Source: an uncultured Candidatus Rokubacteria bacterium (GTDB lineage Bacteria > Methylomirabilota > Methylomirabilia > Rokubacteriales > CSP1-6). From it: a stretch of DNA of 64,000 bases. The notes under the pieces are model-generated. The model had not been told where the DNA came from, made no database searches, and saw nothing but the letters and a program-made list of their open reading frames with translations. Positions 57,970-64,000 of this stretch are shown here, one piece after another (position 1 is the stretch's first letter; each line of letters starts with the position of its first letter). The translations under genes were made by a program, and so were the position numbers. The DNA lies in assembly GCA_963789955.1 (NCBI GenBank), contig CAWBMV010000034.1:1088001-1152000 (forward strand). Direction: 5' to 3'.

Positions 57970-58018
57970 CAGCGATGGCGCTGGAGGCCTCCTCGCGGAG
58001 GCACGGCGCCATTTTTTT
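57970..58018 (+). terminator. Leader terminator overlapped by an ANTAR-type hexaloop hairpin
   Basis: CAGC-GAUGGC-GCUG overlaps the 5' arm of AUGGCGCUG..GCCUCC-UCGC-GGAGGC..CGGCGCCAU, followed by a U-tract. Confidence 0.7.
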
Positions 58019-58034
58019 GTCTGGGAGGTGATCG

Positions 58035-59272
58035 GTGCGGGTCACGCGACGGACGTTTCTGCAGACGACAGGCGCCGCGGCGCTGCTCGCAGGACTGCCC
58101 ACGAACTGGGCAGGCGGAGTGTACGCGGCCGACGGACCTGAGACGCCGAAGGTGCGGATCGGCATCATTGCGCTCACCGATTGCTCGTCGATCGTCATGG
58201 CGCACGAGCTCGGACTTTTCAAGAAGTACGGCATCGAGTCGACGATCTCGAAGGAAGCGTCGTGGGCGGTCATCCGCGATCGCCTCACGCTCGGCGAGAA
58301 CCAGGCGACGCACATGCTGCTGGGGATTCCCTACGCGGCGACGATGGGCCTTCAAGGCTCGCCGGTGAAGCCGATGATCATCCCGATGTACCTCAACCGG
58401 AACGGGCAGGCCATCACGCTCACGAAGGCGCTGCTCGAGAAGGGCGTGAAGACGCCGCAGCAGCTCAAGCCGCTGGCGTTCGAGGCGAAGGTCAAGGGCT
58501 CCCCCATGACCTTCGCGATGACCTATCCGCCCGGGACGCACGCGATGTGGACGCGCTACTGGCTCGGCGCCGGCGGGATCAATCCCGATCGTGACGTCAC
58601 ACTGATCACGATCCCTCCCGCGCAGATGGTCGCGAATATGAAGGTCGGCAAGATGGACGGCTACTGTGTAGGCGAGCCGTGGGGCGCGCGCGCCATCGCC
58701 GACGGGATCGGCTTCACCGCCGTCACCACGCAGCAGATCTGGCGCGACCACCCCGAGAAGGTGCTCGCCTTCACGGAGGAGTTCGCGCAGAAGAACCCCA
58801 GAACGGTGAAGGCCGTGATGGCCGCCGTGCTCGGAAGCGAGCCAGTGGAACGACAAGCTCGAGAACCGACCGCGCATGGCGGAAGTCGTCGGCCAACCGC
58901 AGTACGTCAACGCTGCGAAGGAGATCATCCTCGGCCGCATGCTCGGCGACTACGACTACGGCGACGGGCGCAAGGAGAAGGACAAGTACTACATGACCTT
59001 CTTCGACCGGCAGACGAACTTCCCGTTGAAGTCGCACGGCCTCTGGTGGCTCAGCCAGTTCCGGCGCTGGGGCATGGTCAGGAGGCGCCGGACTACAAGG
59101 GCTCGTCGATCGCGTGCATCGGCCCGACATCTTCCGCGAGGTGGCGAAGGACATGGGGATCGAGACACCGCGGGAGGACATGAAGAAGGAAACGCTCTTC
59201 GACGGCGTCACCTTCGACCCGGCCGATCCGGAGAAGTACGCGAAGAGCTTCGCCGTCCAACTGATGGCGTGA
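58035..59272 (+). CDS. nrtA: NrtA/CmpA-type nitrate ABC substrate-binding protein (Tat signal), frameshifted
   Basis: TRRTFL Tat motif, IALTD, LNRNGQAIT, VGEPW, WRDHPEK, SQFRRWG. Confidence 0.88.
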
Positions 59273-59282
59273 CCATGAGGCC

Positions 59283-60053
59283 ATGAGAGATCCGGCACTC
59301 ACGCCGAGATGCTCCTCCTGCTGTTCGGCGCCGTCGTGTCCTGCTGGCCTGGGCATGCTCGTCGCGACACGTCGCGCCGGATCTCCCGTCGCCGAGCCGG
59401 ACGTGGCAGGAATCGCGAGCGGTACATCCTCGGCCGTTCTTCAAGGACGGCGAGATGAACCAGGGGATCGGCCGCTTCGCGTTCTGATTCGCTGGCGGGT
59501 GGGCAAGGGCTTCGTGCTGGCGCTGGCGATCGGCACGCCGCTCGGCTTCTTGCTCGGTCTCTCGACGCGCTTCCACCAGCCGTTCGATCCGATCATGCAG
59601 GTCATGCGGCCGATCTCGCCGCTCGCGTGGCTGCCGCTCGGCCTCATGATCTTCCAGACGTCCGAGCCGGCGGCGATCTTCACGATCGCCCTCTGCGCGA
59701 TGTGGCCGACGGTCATCAACACCGCCGTCGGCGTGCGGTCGATCAGTCCCGGAGTACCTGAACGTGGGCCGCGTGCTGAAGCTCTCGCGCACCGACGATG
59801 CTGCGCAGATCATCGTCCCGGCCACGCTGCCCTACGTCTTCACCGGCTACCGGCTGTCCCTCGGCCTCGCGTGGCTCGTGATCGTCGCCGCGGAGATGCT
59901 GACCGGCACGCCGGGCGTCGGCGGCTTTCTCTGGCAGGAGTACAACAGCCTCGTCTACTCGCACATCCTCCTCTCGTCCTGACGATCGGCGCGATCGGCT
60001 TCTTGCTCGACCGCCTGATGGGCCTGGTCGAGGCGCGCGTCGGCGGACTCTGA
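59283..60053 (+). CDS. nrtB: Nitrate ABC permease, frameshifted
   Basis: [37 protein letters not shown]. Confidence 0.85.
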   Translation: MRDPALTPRCSSCCSAPSCPAGLGMLVATRRAGSPVAEPDVAGIASGTSSAVLQGRRDEPGDRPLRVLIRWRVGKGFVLALAIGTPLGFLLGLSTRFHQPFDPIMQVMRPISPLAWLPLGLMIFQTSEPAAIFTIALCAMWPTVINTAVGVRSISPGVPERGPRAEALAHRRCCADHRPGHAALRLHRLPAVPRPRVARDRRRGDADRHAGRRRLSLAGVQQPRLLAHPPLVLTIGAIGFLLDRLMGLVEARVGGL

Positions 60054-60055
60054 CC

Positions 60056-60870
60056 GTGACGGCGTACGTCGAGGTGCGGGCGTGCGGAAGGCCTTCACCG
60101 GGGCGCGGTCGGACGCCGTGCTGGGCGGGCGTCGACCTGGCGCTCGACGAGGGCGAGTTCGTCGCGGTCGTCGGCTACTCCGGGTCGGGAAAGACCACGC
60201 TGGTGTCGCTGATCGGCGGCCTCATCGACCGGACCGCGGCGAGATCCGACTCGACGGCGCGCCGATCACCGGGCCCGGCCCCGAGCGCGGCATCGTCTTC
60301 CAGAGCTACTCGCTCCTGCCGTGGCTCAGCGTGCGCGACAACGTCGCGCTCGCCGTCGACGCCGTGCACCCGGACCTGTCGGCGGCCGAACGCGCGGCGT
60401 ATCACCGAGCGAGTTCATCGCGCCTCGTCGAATCTCACGCCGGCCGCCTGGAAGCGACCGCGCGAGCTCTCGGGCGGCATGCGCCAGCGCGTGGCGGTGG
60501 CCCGCGGTCTCGCCATGCAGCCCAAGCTCCTGCTGATGGACGAGCCGTTCAGCGCACTCGACGCGCTCACCCGCGCCACGCTGCAGGACGAGCTCTCGCG
60601 GATCTGGGCGAGCGCCGATCGACGGTGATGTTGATCACGAACGACGTGGACGAGGCGATCTCGCTCGCCGACCGGATCTACCCGATGACGCCGGGGCCGG
60701 GGCGCGGTGCTCGGCGCCACCGATCGAGGTCGGGTCTGCCGCGGCCGCGACAGCGCCGCGCACATGAACCTCGAGCCCGCGTACCAGAAGGCGCGCCGCG
60801 CCCTCGTCGAGTTCCTCGTCTCGATCGAGCAGCGGCCGCGACCGCCGAGGGTGGCGCGAGCCGCCGGCTC
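60056..60870 (+). CDS. Nitrate ABC ATP-binding protein 1, frameshifted (end approximate)
   Basis: [41 protein letters not shown]. Confidence 0.8.
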
Positions 60871-60879
60871 GGAGCGCGA

Positions 60880-61710
60880 ACCATCCAGGTCCGACACGCT
60901 TCGTCGAGATCGCCCAGCTCGGCAAGAGCGTACGAGACGCCCCGGGCCCGGCGGTCATCGTCCGGGACTTCACCTCTACGTCGACGGAGGGCGAGTTCGT
61001 CTGCCTCCTCGGCCACTCCGGCTGCGGCAAGTCGACGGTGCTCTCGATCCTGATGGGACTCACGCGCCGAGCAGCGGTGGCGTCGTGATCGGCGGCCGGG
61101 AGATCGATGGGCCCGGTCTCGATCGCGGCGTGGTCTTCCAGTCGGCCGACCCTGCTGCCGTGGATGTCGGTCGCGCGCCAACGTGTCGGCTCGCCCGCGA
61201 GCAGGTCGCATCCGCGATCGCGGCCGCGACGCGGACTCCTACTTGGCGTCGGTCGGCGCTCGGCGGGATGGGCGAGCGCTATCCCGCCGTGAGCTCTCCG
61301 CCGGCATGCAGCAGCGAGCGGGCATCGCCCGCGCGTTCGCGCTCGAGCCGCAGGCTGCTCCTGCTCGACGAGCCGTTCAGCCTCCTCGACGCGCTGACCC
61401 GGATGGAGCTGCAGGACGAGCTGATGCGCGCTCTGGGAAGACCGACAGCGGACCGAACCGTGATCATGGTCACGCACGACGTGGACGAGGCGCTCCTCCT
61501 CGCCGACCGCATCGTGATGATGACGAACGGGCCCGCGGCGACGATCGGGCGGATCTTCGACGTGCCGTTTCCGCGCCCCCGAAGTCGTGACGACCTCCTG
61601 GCGCGCCCCGATTACTTCTGGCTCCGAGATCGCGATCGTCGCCTTCCTCGGAGGACCAGGCGCACGCGCCCGCGGCGAGGCCGCGCGCCGGGCGGACCTG
61701 CGACTGACCG
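60880..61710 (+). CDS. Nitrate ABC ATP-binding protein 2, frameshifted (ends approximate)
   Basis: GHSGCGKST, DEPFSLLDALTR, VTHDVDEALLLADRIVMMTNGPAA. Confidence 0.8.
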
Positions 61711-61717
61711 GCCGACC

Positions 61718-63863
61718 ATGTGCCCGTACTGCGGCGTGGGCTGCGGCCTGCTGCGTGCAGGTGCGCGATGGGCGGGTGACGAAGGTCAAGGGCGATCCGG
61801 ACCATCCGGCGAGTCTCGGCGACCTGTCGCGCGAAGGCGGTTCATCTGCCTCCGGTCCTGCGCGCGCCGCGATCGCCTGCTCTATCCGAGCGTGCGGCCC
61901 GGCGCGACGCGCCGCTGGAGCGCGTGCCGTGGGAGCTCGCGATCCGGGTCGCAGCCGAGCGAATGCGCGAGATCGTCGCCAGCCCACGGCCCGGACGCGG
62001 TCGCGTTCTACGCCTCGGGCCAGCTGCTGACCGAGGAGTACTATCGTCGCCGTCGCAAGCTCGCCAAGGGCTTCGTCGGCACCAACAACTTCGACACGAA
62101 CTCGCGCCTGTGCATGGCGTCGGCGGCGACGGGCTATGCGCGCTCGCTCGGCTCCGACGGACCGCCGCGCGTCGTACGAGGACATCGATCTGGCCGACTG
62201 CTTCCTGCTGCTCGGCACCAACACCGCCGACTGCCACCCCGTCACCTTCAAGCGCATCAGGCGAGCGGAAGCCGCAGGACCCCGACGACGTCAGCGTCAT
62301 CGTCGTCGATCCGCGCTGGACCGAGACCGCGGATCTCGCCGATCTCCACTGTCCGCTGCGGCCCGGCTCCGACATCGCGCTGCTGAACGCGATGCTGCAC
62401 GTGCTCGGCGCGAGGGCTCGCTGCGATCGACGGCGTCGATCGACGAGCACACCGACGCGGCTGGGAACGGTGCGCGCGTGGTCGAGCGCTTACCCGCCCG
62501 AGCGCGCGCGCGGCGCTCACCGGGCTGTCCGCGGGACGCATCGTCGCGGCCGCGCTCCGGTTCGGCGCCGCCCGCGCGGCGCTGACGCTGTGGTCGATGG
62601 GGGTCAACCAGAGTCACGTCGGGCACGGACAACAACTGCGGCGATCATCAACCTGCATCTCGCGACGGGCCAGATCGGCCGGCCCGGCGCGGGGCCGTTC
62701 TCGCTGACGGGCCAGCCGAACGCGATGGGCGGCCGCGAGACGGGCGGGCTCGCGCACCTGCTGCCCGGCTACCGGCTCGTGACCGACGCCGACGCGCGCG
62801 CGGCGGTCGAGCGCCACTGGAGCGTGCGCGCCGGACGATCGCTCCCGACGCCCGGGCGCAGCGGCGCTCGAGATGTTCGAGGGCGCTCGCGACGCGGCGA
62901 CGGTGCGCGCGGTGTGGATCATCGGCACGAACCCGGCCGCCTCGATGCCGGACCTCGACTTGGTCGAGAAGGCGCTCCGCCAGGCCGATCTCGTGATCGT
63001 GCAGGACGCCTACCACCCGACCGAGACGACGCGCGTTCGCCGACGTGCTCCTGCCCGCCGCCCAGTGGCCGGAGAAGGACGGCGTGATGACGAACTCCGA
63101 GCGGCGGCTCACGTACCTGCCGAAGCTCGTCGAGCCGCCGGGCGAGGCGCGGCCGGACGCGGAGATCTTGACGCGATTCGCGGCGACGAGCTCGGGCTGC
63201 AAGGAGGCGTTCGCATGCGCGGCGCGGGCGAGGTCTTCGACGAGTTCGCGGCGCTGACGGCCGGGCAGGCCGTGCGACTACTCCGGGCGTCAGCCACGCG
63301 CGTCTGGGCGCCGACGGGCCGCTCCAGTGGCCGGTGCCGCGCGCGCCGACCACGCCGGGCACCGGCGCGGCTCTACGCCGACGGCCGCTTCCCGACCGCG
63401 GACGGGCGCGCGCGGTTCGTCGCCGGTCGAGCACGCGGAGCCCGTCGAGCCGGCCGACGCATCGCTTCCCGCTGATGCTCACGACGGGCCGCGTGCGCGA
63501 TCACTGGCACACGCTGCACGCGCACCGGCAAGGCGCCGGCGCTCGCCGCGCGCACGCCCGAGCCGATTCTCGAGCTGCAGCCCGGCGACGCGCGACGCGG
63601 CCGGCATCCAGGACGGCGACTTCGTCGAGGTCGCGTCTCGCCGCGGCAAGGCCGTGGCGCAGTGCCGCGTGAGCGGCGCGATCCGCGAGGGCACGTGCTT
63701 CCTGCCGTTTCACTGGGGCCGGCAGGCCGGGTTCTACAAGAGCGCCAACAACCTGACCCTCGGCGGCCGCGATCCGCTGTCGCGCCAGCCGGAGCTGAAG
63801 GCGTGCGCGGTGCGCGTGCGGCGTGTCGCCGGGAACGTGCTGGAAGCAGCGGGCACATCGTGA
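61718..63863 (+). CDS. Assimilatory nitrate reductase catalytic subunit (Mo-bisPGD; NasA/NarB type), many indels
   Basis: [72 protein letters not shown]. Confidence 0.9.
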
Positions 63864-64000
63864 ACAAGATCGAAGCGCTGAAAGCCGAGCGCGACGGCCT
63901 CGACGTCACCGAGGATCTCGTCCGCTTCGCCCGCGAGGGATGGCGGACGATCGCCGACGACGACAAGGAGCGGCTGAAGTGGGTCGGCGTGTTCCACCGC
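63860..64000 (+). CDS. nirA: Ferredoxin-nitrite reductase, N-terminus (truncated by window end)
   Basis: [16 protein letters not shown]...ERLKWVGVFHR; GTGA overlap with the nitrate reductase stop. Confidence 0.8.
   Translation, partial: MNKIEALKAERDGLDVTEDLVRFAREGWRTIADDDKERLKWVGVFHR

Overview
High-GC bacterial chromosome segment. The gene style suggests Candidatus Rokubacteria/Methylomirabilota, but that is inference only. It has many 1-nt indels, densest at about 24-29 kb and 58.8-63.6 kb, so many genes are split in the ORF track. Layout: (1) 1-19.4 kb, an ion/pH/envelope block (NhaA, RND pump, MscS-type channel, CPA1 antiporter, APC transporter, DUF808, DUF2950/DUF3300, lipase-like, glycine-zipper and HdeA-like proteins). 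(2) LLM oxidoreductase, FAAL-like ligase and M28 peptidase. (3) A 23.9-33.3 kb stress/low-oxygen island (small Cys proteins, USPs, PFOR, DHOD-like, YbaK-like, Hsp20, DksA, Met-rich protein) with five correctly spaced sigma54 promoters and a shared upstream palindrome. (4) Core genes (uvrA, pyk, 5-GAF hybrid kinase, aminotransferases). (5) A sigma54 plus ANTAR-type-leader nitrate assimilation operon running off the right end. Main hidden result: three thioredoxin-fold genes that the ORF track cuts at an in-frame TGA lying exactly at the first Cys of a CxxC motif (UPFC, USSC, UPHC). Two have strong SECIS-like hairpins, so they are probable selenoproteins. One is an unusual glutaredoxin(Sec)-DinB fusion. 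Many genes also look leaderless.
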